DNA from: Gracilinanus agilis
Lineage: Eukaryota
Assembly (NCBI RefSeq): GCF_016433145.1
Contig: NC_058135.1
Coordinates: forward strand, 271,151,307 to 271,215,306
Direction: 5' to 3'
DNA length: 64,000 bases
The notes under the pieces are model-generated. The model searched no databases. It was given only the letters and a program-made list of their open reading frames with translations, and was not told the DNA's origin. Shown one piece after another: positions 24,201 through 35,934 of this stretch; the first letter of the stretch is position 1, and the number at the start of each line of letters is the position of its first letter. The translations under genes and the position numbers were made by a program.

Positions 24201-27200
24201 TACATGGTTACTACCGACGTCTCAGCCAGTACCGGCCTTCGGGGCAGCACCTTGTCACTGGCTCCCGAAAGGCCTCTGGTGCCTCTGCCAGCCCACTCCT
24301 GCTGGCCCACCTGCGCCCCCTGTCCCGGAGGCGCCAAGTGGCCCTGAAACGCAAGTCCGCCGGACCGGAGGCCTGGAGTTCTCTGCTCTCGTAGGTATAG
24401 CGGTGGTCAGGCTGGGCAGAGCAGCTGGGGTCCAAGGCCTGAGTCAGATCAGGACTCTTGGTGACCTCGAGCCCATCCAGCCACCCCCAGGCTTTGTCTC
24501 TGCCCCTTCCACCAGCCTGGACCAGCTGGAAGGAGAGCAGGGGTGAAGGATGAGGGAAGAAAAGGAGTCCTTCTATTTCCTCGAGTTCTTAGTTGTCCCT
24601 TCTTTTCAGGAAAGCCATTGCCAAGTCAGGGCTTCAACATCTGGTCCCCCCAAACCCAAGCCCTGGAGCTCCATGTGGTGAGCCTGAAAGGCAGATTCGA
24701 AGCACTGTGGACTGGAGCGTGAGTAATGGGAGACTGGGGGTGAGTGGGGGACGAGATCCTAGGACAGGGACTGCCTATCTGGCCTCCGCATGGAGATGGC
24801 TGGAGCATCCCCATTTCTCAGGGAGATGGTATTCAGGATCCAGGCCCTGCCTCCCCGATGGGCCTTGGCAGAGGATGGAAAGGGCGTTCTGGGAAGCGCC
24901 TCTGGCCCCCTGCATTTCCATAGCTTCATTTGATCACCCCTGGGGTGCTGGGAGATGCACGTCCCAGCCTCCCTGAAAGACGCTTCAGTCTAGGAGGGAG
25001 TTGAGGCAGGTCATTTTTTTTTCTCAGTAAGGCATTTTCCTTATCTGGAAAATGAAAGTATTGGATGTTTTCGTAGGGCTTTTGAAGCTCTAAAATTCTG
25101 AGCGTATGGGCTGAAGAGTCAGGAGAGGCCTGTGCCGTAGCCTGCTAGACCTGCGGGCTTTGTCCAGGGAAGCGTGACCCAGGCAGTGGCCAGGGCCAAC
25201 AATGTGAGGGTTTGGGGTCCTGAGAGGGAGGAGCCTCAAGCCTGGCCAGAGCTGCTCATAGGCCTGCTCCATCCCCCAGGAAACAGCCACCTACGGGGAG
25301 CACATCTGGTTCGAGACCAATGTGTCTGGAGACTTCTGCTATGTCGGGGAGCAGTACTGTGTTGCCAAGATGCTGGTGAGTGTGGAGGGGAGTCAGGGCT
25401 GCCTGCTTCTTCCTTCCAGTGGCCTAGGGAGGAACTGACCAGGGCTTCTGTCCATGTTAGATAAGGCAGGTCGCTGCCAGTCAGAGACAGGACTTTCTCT
25501 TCCCTCTTTGCCACAGGCCTCTAGGGGGTACCATCTAGAACTGGGAAGACCTGGGTTCAAATCCCACCTGAGGCACTTCTAGCTGTGGGACCTTGGGCAA
25601 GGTATTCAGCCTCGGTTTCCTTAACTGTAAAATGAGGGCAATAATAATGCCATACCTCCTGGGAGTTTTTGTGAGAATAAAATTGAGGTGATGTTTGTAA
25701 AAAGTATACAGTGCTTTGTGCATCGTATGTAAATGCCTGTTCCCTTCACCCCCTTCCACAGCACCAGGGCTTGAGCAATGGAACATTTAAGTGTTTTGAG
25801 GCAGCTGGTAAAGCACTAGAGTCAGGAAGACCTCAGTTCAAATCCAGCTTCAGAGACTTTGTGGCTGTGTAACTTTGGGCAAGTCATTTGATCTCTTTTT
25901 GCCTCAATCAGTCAATATTTATTAAGTTTCTGCTATGTGCCAGGCACTAGGCTAAGTGCTGGGGATACAAAAACAAAAGGCAGTGGGGTTTATCGAGGAA
26001 TGGGGTGGTATGATTGGACCTGTGCATGAGAGAATCACTTTGGTGGCTGAATGGAGAAGGGACTGATATTGGGAGAGACTTGAGACAGGCAGACCCCCTA
26101 ACAGCTTTAGCAATGATCCAGATACAAGGCTGTATCAGAGGAGAGAAGCGGGATTCTCCTTATTCCAGAGATTCCACAAAGGTGAGATCAATAGGCCTTG
26201 GCAACACCATGGGCACAGTGGGGCGAGAGAGCCCGGAGAATCCAGGGTGACTTCTTGGTTGTGAGCCTGATGGGCTTGGGGTGCCCACAACAGTAACAGG
26301 AAAGGAAAGGGGCAGGATTTAGGGAGATCAATGAAGTTAGGTTTTGAACATGTGGAGTTTCAGATGTCTACTGGGCATTCACTTCAAATACCAAAAGGCA
26401 TTTGGAGATGCGAGACTGGAGGTCAGCAGAGGTAGATTTGGGCATCTTCACCAAAGAGATGGCCATTGAATGCAGGGAGCTACTGAGATTACCAAGTAAG
26501 AGAGCTAGAGGGAGAAGAGAAGAGGGCCCTGGGCCCAGAGCCCTGGTGGACGCAGTCTAGAGAGCATGGTCTGAATGATGCCCAACGAAGTGGACACGAG
26601 GTCTGCTCAGATAGGAGGGAGGAGGACCAGGAGAGAGTGATGTCCTGAACCTGAGAGAAGAGAATGATCAGCAGAGTCCAAAGCCACAGAGAGGTCAGGA
26701 AGAGTGAGGACTGGAAAAGTCATTGAATTTGGCAACTAAGATCGTTGGTGACTTTGGAGAGAATAGTTTTGGTGAAATGATGGGATCAGAAGCGAGGTTG
26801 TAAGGGATTAAGAAGACAGTAAAAGCCAAGAAAGTGGAGGCATCCGTAGGAGACAGCCTTTTCAAGGAGTTTAACTACAAAAGGCAGAAGAGATAGAGGA
26901 CAATGGTTATCTGGGATGGAAGAACCAGGTCAGGTGAGGGTCTTTGGAGGATGGTGGAGATGTGGGAATGTTTGTAGGTAGTAGAGAATGAGCCAGTAGA
27001 GGGAAAGATTGAAGAGAAGTGAGTGAGTGGGCATGACTGAGGGGGCATCATTGGAGAAGGGATAGAATGGGATTGCTTGTGCAGGAGTAGAGGTTCTTGT
27101 TAAGGAGGAAAACTGCCTCTTTGTGTGAGACAGAGGTGAGCGGGCCAGAGTGGCTAAAGGATCCTCAGACTCATGAGATAAGGTGACAAATGAGGAACCT

Positions 27201-30200
27201 GAGATGAGGGAGGGGAGAAATGTGAGTTGTTGCCTTTGGTCCCCCTGACCCTTGTGCCCTTCCTTCCTGTAGCAGAAATCCGTGTCTCGACGCAAGTGTG
27301 CCGCCTGCAAGATCGTTGTGCACATGCCTTGTATCGAGCAGCTGGACAAGGTGACTGGGGATCCTGCTCTGCTGTGGGGTTGGGATGTGGGCCTGAAGGC
27401 CCCCCGCCACCAAGGCAGGGTCTGAACGTCTACAGGCAGAAAGGAGCAGCCAGATCAGTGGGCCAAGGGGCAGCGACAGCATCAGCAAAGCCTGCCCCAG
27501 GGTAGAGATGCCCCAAGGACTCGGAGGAGGAGGCCAGTGGGGACAGCGCCTCCTAATCTGGCACAAGAAGGGACTCAGCTTGGTGCTCGCTAGGAGGGAC
27601 CCCGTATATCCTATGTGGCCAGGGCTGTTATTATTGAGGGTGAAGCCAAGGAGGCCTCGGTTAGACAGCCGGGAGGAGCGGGTGCCCTTCGAAGCCCCCC
27701 AGGTAGCTTAAGCAACAAAGGAGTAAGAAGAGGAGATTCCTTCCTGGGCAGCAGAGCCAGAATGCGCCTCTTGGGAGTGGTGAGGTCTCCTGTGTTCACC
27801 TCCACTGCGGGAGGCCCGGGGCTGGCCTGGCCCTCGGTCCTCACATTTTTATGTCGGAACTTTTTACAGATTAACTTCCGCTGTAAGCCATCCTTCCGGG
27901 AATCAGGGTCTAGGAACGTGCGGGAGGTAAGACTTGGGGTGACACTCGGGGGCCTGGGAGGGAGAACATGTTGGGATTCTTGAGCCTAGAGCAGGGCCGA
28001 GATGCTCATTTCAAGGCTTGATGCCCTGAGCCCCTCCTGGTGGGATCCTAGAGCTTCTCCAGAGTACCACCCAGTGGTGGGTTGCTCAGGTTAGTCCTGG
28101 GCAAGGTGAAGGGGACACCCCCAGGGGAGCAGCAGTCTTTCTCAGAGCCTCAGCGCCCTGGACACCACTGAAGACACCCAGAATCTGCCATCAGAGAGCC
28201 TGGGATGGAATCCTGGATTTCCTATTGTGTAACTCTGGGCACATCAGCCCCTCTTTTTCCTGGGGGGCCACTGATTTCTGAGGCTCTCCCTCTTCTGACT
28301 TTCTCGGGCTACAACTCAGGGGACTTTGGAACCAGCCCAATTTCTCCCTGAGGCTTCTTTTGCTGTGCCCACACGGCCTGTCCTCTGGCTGGGCAGCCTA
28401 GGCGATGAGGCTGGGCCGCGGGCAGAGGGTGCTCCCCGGGCCTGTCCTCATCTTCTTCTTCTGGCTTCTGCAGCCAACTTTTGTTCGTCATCACTGGGTG
28501 CATCGGCGGCGGCAGGATGGCAAGTGCCGGCACTGTGGGAAGGTGAGCAGAGCTCCCCTAGCCTCAGCCCCCCCCCCCACCGGGGCAGTGTGAGCAGCCA
28601 GGGTAAAGCCGAGGTAGCTGCAGGCACCGGCTTTGCACGCACCCCCTGGCCCGCCTTAGAAAGCAGGCCAGCACCCGCTCCCTAGAGCAGTCCTAGGGTG
28701 GGACTGAGCTCCTCCTTGGGGCTGGGCCTTGAGGGTGTCCTTCCCTCCCTCCTCCCTGAACAAGGCACTTTCCTCTGCCTCAGTTTCCTCCTCTGTAAAA
28801 CAAGTGTTCACAGCCCCTGCATCCAAGATGCCACTCGTAAAGCTCCTAGCGGGGAGCCCAGCCCACAGGAGATGCTGCAGAATTGCCTCTTCCCTGCCAA
28901 GTGTTATCCCAGGAAGCAGAAGAAACTCCCCGTGGCCTTCCGGTGCCCCGTGGCCGCAGAGCAGCAGGGAGGGTGGCCGCCGGCCTGTGCCGGGCACTGC
29001 CCCTCAGTGACCCTTGTCCCTCCTCCTCCTCCTCAGGGCTTCCAGCAGAAGTTTACTTTCCACAGTAAAGAGATCGTGGCCATCAGCTGCTCATGGTGTA
29101 AGCAGGCAGTGAGTATCCCCCTGGCCGCGGCTTTGCCTCCGGCTGGAGCCGGGACCCCCGGACTCAGCCCCTCTCTGTGTCCTCCCCACAGTACCACAAC
29201 AAGGTGTCCTGCTTCATGATCCAGCAGATCGAGGAGCCCTGCTCCCTGGGGGCGCACGCCGCGGTGGTCATCCCCCCGACCTGGATCCTCCGGGCCCGCC
29301 GCCCCCAGGTGAAGCTCGCGCCCCACCGCCCCCATTCCTTCCCGAGCCGTGGCCGAGGCCGCGCTGACCTCCGTGCTCCCTCTTGCAGAACCCCCTGAAG
29401 GTCAGCAAAAAGAAGAAGAGGACGTCCTTCAAGAGGAAGTCCAGCAAGAAGGGGCCCGAGGTAGGGCCGGGGGCCTGCGGGACACCGGGGGGGCCTCCCA
29501 GCCATGGGGCCTTGGCGCAGGCCCTCCTCTGTGAAACGCACGACTGCTGGTGGCCCGGCAGGGGTGGCACCCCGGGCTCCTGCCCCTGGCAGCCGTGCCC
29601 GGAAGGGCCCCGACAGCTCTGCCCCTTCCCCGTCCTGCAGGAGGGCCGATGGAAGCCATTCATCATCAAGCCTACCCCGTCCCCCCTCATGAAGCCCCTG
29701 CTGGTGTTTGTGAATCCCAAGAGTGGAGGCAATCAGGTAAGGGCCGGCCCTGAGCCCTCCCCCCCGGGGGGCCGGAGCCTGTGCCCCCCGCGCCCGGGAA
29801 GGGAGGGCCGCCTCCTCCGGAGTCCTCTTGGCAGCCCGGCTCCTGCCCGGCTCCTCCCACGTGGACTCCCCGAGCCAGTTCCCCGGGTTTCTCCGTTTTT
29901 TACCTCCAACACCCCCAGTTTGTTCTCGCTGCCTTCTGCCTCTCCCAGGGTTCTAAGATCATCCAGTCCTTCCTCTGGTATCTCAACCCACGGCAAGTCT
30001 TTGACCTGAGCCAGGGCGGGCCCAAGGAGGCGTGAGTATGGGGGGTCTGGGGAGTGGGAGGGCCGGCCGGCCGGCGGCTCTGCGGGGCCGGGGCCCACTG
30101 CCCTGCCTTTCCCCCACAGGCTGGAGATGTACCGGAGAGTGCCCAACCTTCGGATCCTGGCGTGCGGGGGCGACGGCACGGTGAGCCCCCCGACCCTCCG

Positions 30201-33200
30201 GGAGCCTCCTGGGGTCGCGGGTGCGAGCCGGCCCGGGCCTCAGCTCTGCTCCCCTCTTTCCCGCTCAGGTCGGCTGGATCCTCTCCACCCTGGACCAGCT
30301 GCGCCTGAAGCCGTCGCCACCCGTCGCCATCCTGCCCCTGGGCACCGGCAACGATCTGGCCCGGACCCTCAACTGGGGTGGGGTGAGAAGGGGGGCCTGG
30401 GCCGGAGGAGGGGGCCCCGGGGCCCGGCAGCCGGCTCAGGCCCCGCTCCCTGCTTCCTCAGGGCTACACGGATGAGCCCGTGTCCAAGATCCTTTCCCAC
30501 GTGGAGGAGGGCAACGTGGTGCAGCTGGATCGCTGGGACCTGAGGGCAGAGCCCAACCCGGAGGCCGGGCCCGAGGAGCGGGACGAGGGAGCTACTGACA
30601 GGGTCGGCCTGGACTCGGGGCGGCGCCCGTGGCCCCCCGCCCTTCCCTGCCCCATCCTGAGCCTCCCCTGGAGGGGCGGGCTCCCCGGGCCCCTCAGACT
30701 GTCCCTATCTGCGGGCTCCCAGACTCGCCGCCTTCCTGACGATGCTCCCCCTTTGCCTTCCTTCTAGCTGCCGCTGGACGTCTTCAACAACTACTTCAGC
30801 CTCGGCTTCGACGCCCACGTCACGCTGGAGTTTCACGAGTCTCGAGGTCAGCGGCTCCCGGGCGGGAAAGGCCGGGGGAGCGTGTTCCCCCCGAGAGCGG
30901 GGCGGGGAGACGGGGAGCGGGGGCCCCCGTGACCTCCGCCTCTTCTTCTCTGCTCTAAACGTAGAGGCCAACCCAGAAAAATTCAACAGCCGCTTCCGGA
31001 ACAAGATGTTCTACGCTGGGGTAAGCCCGGGACTCGCCGGTCCCTGAGCGCCGCCCCACCACAGCTCGGAGGCCTCGAAGGCTTCCTTCCCCAGAGGGGC
31101 TCCGGGGGCCCCGCAGCCCCCCTTTCCCTTCTTCCCTGCAAGCTTGCCCAGCAGGCAGGGTGCGAGATCTCAGAGCAGAGACTCAGAGACGACGTGCCTG
31201 GGCCCGAGTGACCTGGCGCCGGAGCCAGGAGCCCAAGGCCAGCACGCCGACTCTCGGGGTCTCCCGCTTCGTGGGGTTCCCCCGGGGGGGAGGACAGAGT
31301 GGGAGGCTCCGAGGAGCCGGCATGACCGCTTCCTCCTGCTGCCGACAGACGGCGTTCTCTGACTTCCTGATGGGCAGCTCCAAAGACTTGGCCAAGCATA
31401 TCCGCGTGGTGGTGAGTCGGGCCGCAGGAGGTGGTGGGGAGGGCTCGGGGCGGCACGAAGCCCACCCGGGTCAGCTGGTGGGTCTCCCCGGGGCGAGCGT
31501 CCCCGCCCCCAGCCCTCGCCCACACGGATGCCCTTGCAGTGTGACGGCACAGACCTGACCCCCAAGATCCAGGACCTGAAGCCCCAGTGCATCGTCTTCC
31601 TGAACATCCCCAGGTGAGGAGAGCGGCGGGCAGCCCAGCCCGGCCCCCGGCCCCCGGCGGCCCCTCACTCTGCCCTCCCCGCAGGTATTGTGCGGGCACC
31701 ATGCCCTGGGGCCACCCCGGGGAGCACCACGACTTCGAGCCGCAGAGGCACGACGACGGCTACCTCGAGGTCATCGGCTTCACCATGACATCGCTGGTGA
31801 GTGGCCGGGCCGGCGCCGGGCACGGGGCGCCCCCAAACCTTTTCTGCCGACTCCGTCCTGAGGTGGGGAAGGCAGAGCGGCCGCCCGGAGGGGGTGCGGC
31901 GGGCCATCCCGTCACAGCTCCTGTGCCCACAGGCTGCGCTCCAGGTGGGCGGCCACGGCGAGCGCCTGACCCAGTGCCGGGAGGTGCTGCTCACCACGGC
32001 CAAGGCCATCCCGGTGCAGGTGGACGGGGAGCCCTGCAAGCTGTCCGCTTCCTGCATCCGCATCGCCCTGCGCAACCAGGCCACCATGGTGCAGAAGGCC
32101 AAGCGGAGGAGCTCCGTCCCCCTGCGCAGCGAGTACGGCCTGGGCCCTGCCCGGAACCCCCCCTGCCCTCTGTCCCTCCCCATCTCTGACCTCCAGCCCT
32201 GCCCGGAACCCCCCCTGCCCACCCTCTGTCCCTCCTGATCTCTGACCTCCGGCCCTTCCTGCCACAGTCAGCAGCCCGTCCCTGAGCAGCTTCGAATCCA
32301 GCTTCGCCGGGTCAGCATGCATGACTATGAGGCCTTGCACTATGACAAGGAGAAGCTCAAGGAGGCCTGTGAGTGGGTCTGGGCGGGGGTCAGGGGTGCT
32401 GGGGGCCACCGGAGGCTTAGCCCCAAGGCTGACCGATGCCCCGTTGTCTCTGCAGCCGTGCCCCTGGGCACTGTGGTGGTGCCGGGGGACAGCGACCTGG
32501 AGCTCTGCAGGACCCACATCGAGAGGCTGCAGCAGGGGGTGAGGAGGGGCTCCTGGTGGGATCAGCTTGGGTGTGGGAGGGGGGGCGACGGTGCCCATTG
32601 GGGCACAGATGGCCCAGCCTTCTTGGCTCTGCCCTTACCCCATGCCCCATGCCAGCCCCTAACCCTCACTTCTTCCTGAGCAGGAACCCAATGGAGCCGG
32701 AGCCAAGGCTTCCTCAGGCCCCAAACTGTCCTCCAAGTGGTGTTTCCTGGATGGTGAGTCCCTGCCCAGGAGGGACCCAGCAGGGACCCAGGGAAAGCTT
32801 TCTCCTTCCCGGGGTGGGAGGCAGTCAGGAGCCTGAGAGGAGCCCGGCCTTCCTCATGCCCTTTTCTCTCCCACAGCAACCACGGCCAATCGATTCTACC
32901 GGATCGACCGGGCCCAGGTAGGTAGCACAAGGAGCCCGGCCAGCCATCCCGGCCCTCGCTCATCTCGGTCACACTGAGAGTACGGCGTCTCACAAGGGCA
33001 GACGGACAGACGGATGACACACTGTCTCAGTCTCCCTCTTTCCCTCCCCGTCTCTCTCTCCCTCCACAGGGCTGTTTGGGGCTTCCTTGTAGTCAGGGAT
33101 CCCCTGAAGCAGGGGGTGAGCAGAATGGGGCAGGCTGTCCCTGAGGTGTCACTGGAGCACACAAGGGGTCCCTGGAAAGGGAGTTCAGGGGGGCCTCTCC

Positions 33201-35934
33201 ACATTGACCGGGGCTGCTTCGGAGAGCTGCAGGCCACCTAAGGGTTATTGTCTTCATTCCCTGGAGGATGAAGCAGGCCCCGAGAGAGGAAAGGACTTGT
33301 CCAGGGCTTCGGTGGCAGAGCCCACTGGAGCTGAGTCCTGGCTGGGATCCAACGGGCCGCTGGGAGAGCACTAGCCAAAGGGCCCATTGTGGTCAAAGCT
33401 CGTGGGCAGGAAGTCCATCTGAGGAGCTAGTTGTAGCCAGACTGAAGAGGAGATGGGGGTGAGGATGAGAACTGGCATTTGTATCGTCCCTGAAGGCTGG
33501 CAGAGCTCTTTCCCTGCCCAGGGAGAGTTTGTATTTTCTCTTAAAGGCAGCAGGAGGTGGCTCAAGCTTCTTGATCAGGGCAAAGATGGTGCCAGGCCCA
33601 TATGGTTGAGAAAGATGGAAGGGAGGGAAGGAGAGCCTGGGGCCAGTAGGGCCACCTGCTCAGCAATGGGTCATCACAGGGTGATCCTAGGCTGGAAGGG
33701 TCACAACACCCTAAAGTCCAGAGAAATGAAGCATAGGTCACCCAGAGCCCAGGGCCTCTAGGTCCAGATCCCACTGAGCACCGTGACTGGAAAATCCTTG
33801 GGTTTCCAGTTCAGGCAGGAGTTGATGAAGCCTGGACAATGGTGGCCAGAAGGGATGGATCTGGAGGGATAATGGATGGAAACCTAACTAGAAAGAGGAG
33901 ATTCAAAACCCTTCTGATGCTTAGTAAGCACCTGCCGGGAATAAAGCATTGTGCTGTGCAGTGGGAAGATTCCTGCCCTCAGGGAGTTCATAGAGCGGGG
34001 TGGAGGGAGTCAGTGACCACTATAATACACAGTATTAATAAGAGGGTCAGACAGTCAGGGAACATTTATTATGTGAGGGATTTATAGATACAGAATAGGT
34101 ATTTTAAAATATATCATTGAATAGATTGAAAGTACATAATTTAAAGGGGTTGCAGCCTCCCCAAGGACCCCATTAGGGTGATCTCATGCCTCCCCCATGC
34201 TGAGAGGGCATTCCACAACCCTTGGCCACTGTGCCTCCCCTTTAGTGGGAGAAGGCCTGGGGCCTGACTAGAAGCTTCCTTTCAGGAACACCTCAACTAC
34301 GTGACGGAGATTGCTCAGGATGAACTCTATGTCTTGGACCCAGAGCTGCTGGGCACACCTGCCAGGCCAGACCTTGAGGCCCCCCAAGCCCCCGGCCCCC
34401 CTTCTCCACCACCCTCTTCTCCCAGGCCCAGGTGTGCATCCCTGGGCATGAGGAAGGGGGGCCCTTGTGGGTGGTGGGAGGGAGCCTGGCCCCAAACAGC
34501 AGCCTTACCATGTCTCCCCCTGCCCCAATTCTGTTTCCAGGCCAAACCAAGGGGATGCTCTGCCCCCCAAAGGTGAGGCTTCTTTTTCTCTGTGGGTTCT
34601 GGGCATAGGGGTGAAGAGGGGTGGGCGAGGGAATCCCCTCTGGCTGGGGAGCCTGAGGCCCATGTTGGCAAAGCTGGCAGAGCAGGGAGGACAGGAGCTC
34701 CTTTCATTGGCCAGTCCGCAGACTGTTCCCTCCAAGCCCCTTCTAAGTCTCCCCATGGCCAACAGAAGGCTGCAGGATGGGCCCAAATGCGTGCCAAGCC
34801 CAGTGGGCACAGCCCCCCTTTCCTGGAGGAGCCCAGCCTTCGCCTAAACCGCATAAAATGCATCCACAAGCACTAAGCCTTATTGTGTGCCAGGCCTGGC
34901 TCAGCAGGCCCCAGAGGGAAGGCAGAGGACGGCAGCCCCCAGGGCCGGTGGGCAGTGGGGAGGGGGTCCTGCAGCAGGCGGCACCGAGTCCTCCTAGAGG
35001 GCTAACCGCAGGCTTCGTTCTATAGGTGAAGGCTTGATAGAGGCTGCTGAGAGCAATGACTTCTGTAAGGTAGCGCTGGCCCGCCGGGCACCCCCCTTTC
35101 CCTGGGCACACTGACGGCACGAATGGGTGGGAGAGTGAGACGGGCGGGTGGCCCCGGGGAGGTCCCCGAGCCCGGCTCCGCAGCCTGCCCCTCGGGTGCC
35201 CTCAGTTCCAGGAGCTGCACAGGGCCGGGGGAGACCTGATGCTCCGGGACGAGCGTGGCCGCACCCTCTTGCACCTCGCTGTTGGGGCTGGCAGCAAGGA
35301 GATCGTCCGCTACCTGCTGGACCACGGTGAGAGCGGGAGGAAGGGCCGGGCCTGGGTTCAGATCCCACCTCTGCTCTGGGTGAGGCCAGGGGACTGGCCC
35401 CGATGACCCTGGGATGGGCCCTGCTGACCCTCGCTCCCCTCCTTTCCAGCCCCAACAGAAATCCTCGATGCTGTGGAAGAGAAGTGAGTGTGGGCAGCCC
35501 TCGGCTGGCCTCTGGGGATGGGGCCTGGGCTGGGGGTGCGGGGAGGGGCCCCCCTTTCCTCGCTGATCCCCAGGCCTGCCCCCTTGCAGCGGGGAGACGT
35601 CCCTCCATCAGGCAGCGGCCCTGCGCCAACGCACCATCTGCCACTACATCGTGGAAGCGGGAGCCTCGCTCATGAAGACTGACCTGCAGGTGCCCAGGCT
35701 GGAGGCGCCCCAGAGGGCATCGGGTGGGGCGGCTCCTGGGCGGCCATTGGGGAAGGGGCCGAGGGGGAGGGGGAGGCCCCGGGCGCCGCTCCAGTCCAGC
35801 GTCTGACCCCACGGCAGGGTGACACGCCGAGGCAGCGGGCGGAGAAGGCGCAGGACACGGAGCTGGCCGCCTACCTAGAGAACCGGCAGCACTACCAGAT
35901 GATCCAGAGGGAGGATCAGGAGACGGCCGTGTAG
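38..35934 (+). CDS. DGKZ: Diacylglycerol kinase zeta (type IV DGK), spliced CDS of 31 exons, 939 aa
   Basis: Exons with GT/AG boundaries and consistent phases: 38-219, 24610-24718, 25280-25375, 27273-27350, 27870-27926, 28474-28542, 29037-29108, 29192-29308, 29389-29460, 29641-29736, 29949-30031, 30120-30180, 30269-30382, 30462-30602, 30768-30846, 30965-31020, 31349-31411, 31540-31613, 31685-31796, 31933-32132, 32268-32368, 32456-32538, 32684-32753, 32877-32917, 34286-34431, 34541-34572, 35026-35069, 35206-35326, 35450-35483, 35590-35689, 35818-35934 (sum 2820 nt). Translation shows [23 protein letters not shown], two C1 domains ([17 protein letters not shown]; [18 protein letters not shown]), the MARCKS-like basic segment ([16 protein letters not shown]), catalytic motifs ([44 protein letters not shown]), ankyrin repeats and the C-terminal PDZ ligand ETAV*. 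Confidence 0.97.
253..319. promoter_or_regulatory. Cluster of RFX X-box motifs at the start of DGKZ intron 1
   Basis: GTCCCCATAGCAAC 253-266, GCCCCTATGGCAAC 289-302 and GTCCCCATGGCAAC 306-319, versus the X-box consensus GTYNCY-AT-RGNAAC. Confidence 0.6.
340..1275. repeat. Degenerate ~41-bp pyrimidine-rich minisatellite (roughly 22-24 units)
   Basis: Recurrent unit close to CTGGCATCCTCTGGTCATTGTCACCTCCTGCCCCCATCCCT, read by eye. Confidence 0.85.
5890..6095 (-). mobile_element. MIR/CORE-type SINE
   Basis: CORE motif ...AAAACTGAGGCCCAGAGGTTAGGTGACTTGCTCAGGG...GGATTTGAATTCAGGTCTTCC. One example of many MIR relics in DGKZ intron 1. Confidence 0.7.
7315..7490. repeat. CT-rich low-complexity tract
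   Basis: Almost pure C/T run. Confidence 0.85.
8340..8532 (+). mobile_element. Non-autonomous hAT (Charlie-like) MITE, 193 bp, copy A
   Basis: Ends CAGTGGTTCCCAAA ... TTTGGGAATCACTG; flanks GTTTAGAG / GTTTAGTG (7/8 TSD). Strand is arbitrary, relative to copy B. Confidence 0.85.
9375..9560 (+). mobile_element. MAR1-like marsupial CORE-SINE with an RTE-derived tail
   Basis: CORE (CTGGGCAAGTCACTTAACC..CTCGTCTGTAAAATG) followed by GAAGGAAATGGCAAACTACTTTAGTATCTTTGCCAAGAAAACCCCAAATGGGGTC, resembling the RTE/Bov-B 3' end. Confidence 0.65.
11480..11990 (-). mobile_element. Degraded L2 LINE fragment
   Basis: Purine-rich plus strand with motifs such as GAGAAGAGAGAAGAGGGCCCAGGTCAGAGCCC, typical of antisense L2. 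Confidence 0.5.
13214..13405 (-). mobile_element. Same hAT MITE family, 192 bp, copy B, inverted relative to copy A
   Basis: Ends CAGTGATTCCCAAA ... TTTGGGAACCACTG; flanks CTCTAGGT / CTCTAGGC (7/8 TSD). The interior is the reverse complement of 8340-8532. Confidence 0.85.
14386..14578 (-). mobile_element. Opossum SINE1-like tRNA-derived SINE inserted into an older MIR
   Basis: Reverse complement reads GGGGCAGCTATGTGGCTCAGTGGATAGAGAGCCAGG..GGGTTCAAAT..CTAAGACAGAAGGTAAG. TAGCATTTT(T)AAA occurs on both flanks, and MIR sequence resumes after the insertion. Confidence 0.75.
19538..19702. mobile_element. hAT-superfamily MITE, 165 bp, perfect TIRs and TSD
   Basis: 14-bp TIR CAGGGGTCGGCAAC (19538-51) / GTTGCCGACCCCTG (19689-702); identical 8-bp TSD TTCTAGTC at 19530-37 and 19703-10. 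Confidence 0.92.
19810..19997 (+). mobile_element. Opossum SINE1-like SINE
   Basis: GGGGCAGGTAGGTGGCTTAG..CTGGGTTCAAATCTGG..GATTCTAAGACAGAAGGTGAG. Confidence 0.75.
20190..20980 (-). mobile_element. Degraded L2 LINE fragment (3' part of ORF2)
   Basis: The minus-strand translation retains ..[35 protein letters not shown].., resembling the decayed L2 ORF2 C-terminal region. Confidence 0.55.
20954..21053. other. Near-perfect inverted repeat (33-bp arms, 32/33 identity)
   Basis: GGACAGAGAAAAAGGAAGAGGGCCCAATATCGG (20954-86) pairs with CCGATATTCGGCCCTCTTCCTTTTTCTCTGTCC (21021-53). Confidence 0.9.
21153..21900. mobile_element. Possible solo LTR
   Basis: TG...CA termini (TGTAAGGGG..; ..CATTCACA) and an antisense AATAAA (TTTATT ~21266); composition differs from the flanks. 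No TSD found. Confidence 0.3.
22836..23028 (-). mobile_element. Opossum SINE1-like SINE
   Basis: Poly-T then AAACCTTACC..TTCTAAGACAGAAGAG..GACTTGCCCAGGGTCAC..; reverse of the SINE1-like consensus. Confidence 0.7.
23657..24390 (+). CDS. DGKZ: DGKZ alternative long N-terminal exon (zeta2-type isoform)
   Basis: [12 protein letters not shown]...[11 protein letters not shown]...RRRSST...[12 protein letters not shown]...[25 protein letters not shown] matches the recalled human long-isoform N-terminus. Phase-2 donor TC|GTAGGT at 24390/24391 is in frame with exon 24610. A polypyrimidine/CAG acceptor precedes it at 23642/23643. Confidence 0.88.
25900..27120 (-). mobile_element. Degraded L2 LINE fragment (~1.2 kb)
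   Basis: L2 3'-end motif TTTATTAAGTTTCTGCTATGTGCCAGGCACT, then long purine-rich antisense L2-like sequence. Confidence 0.55.
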
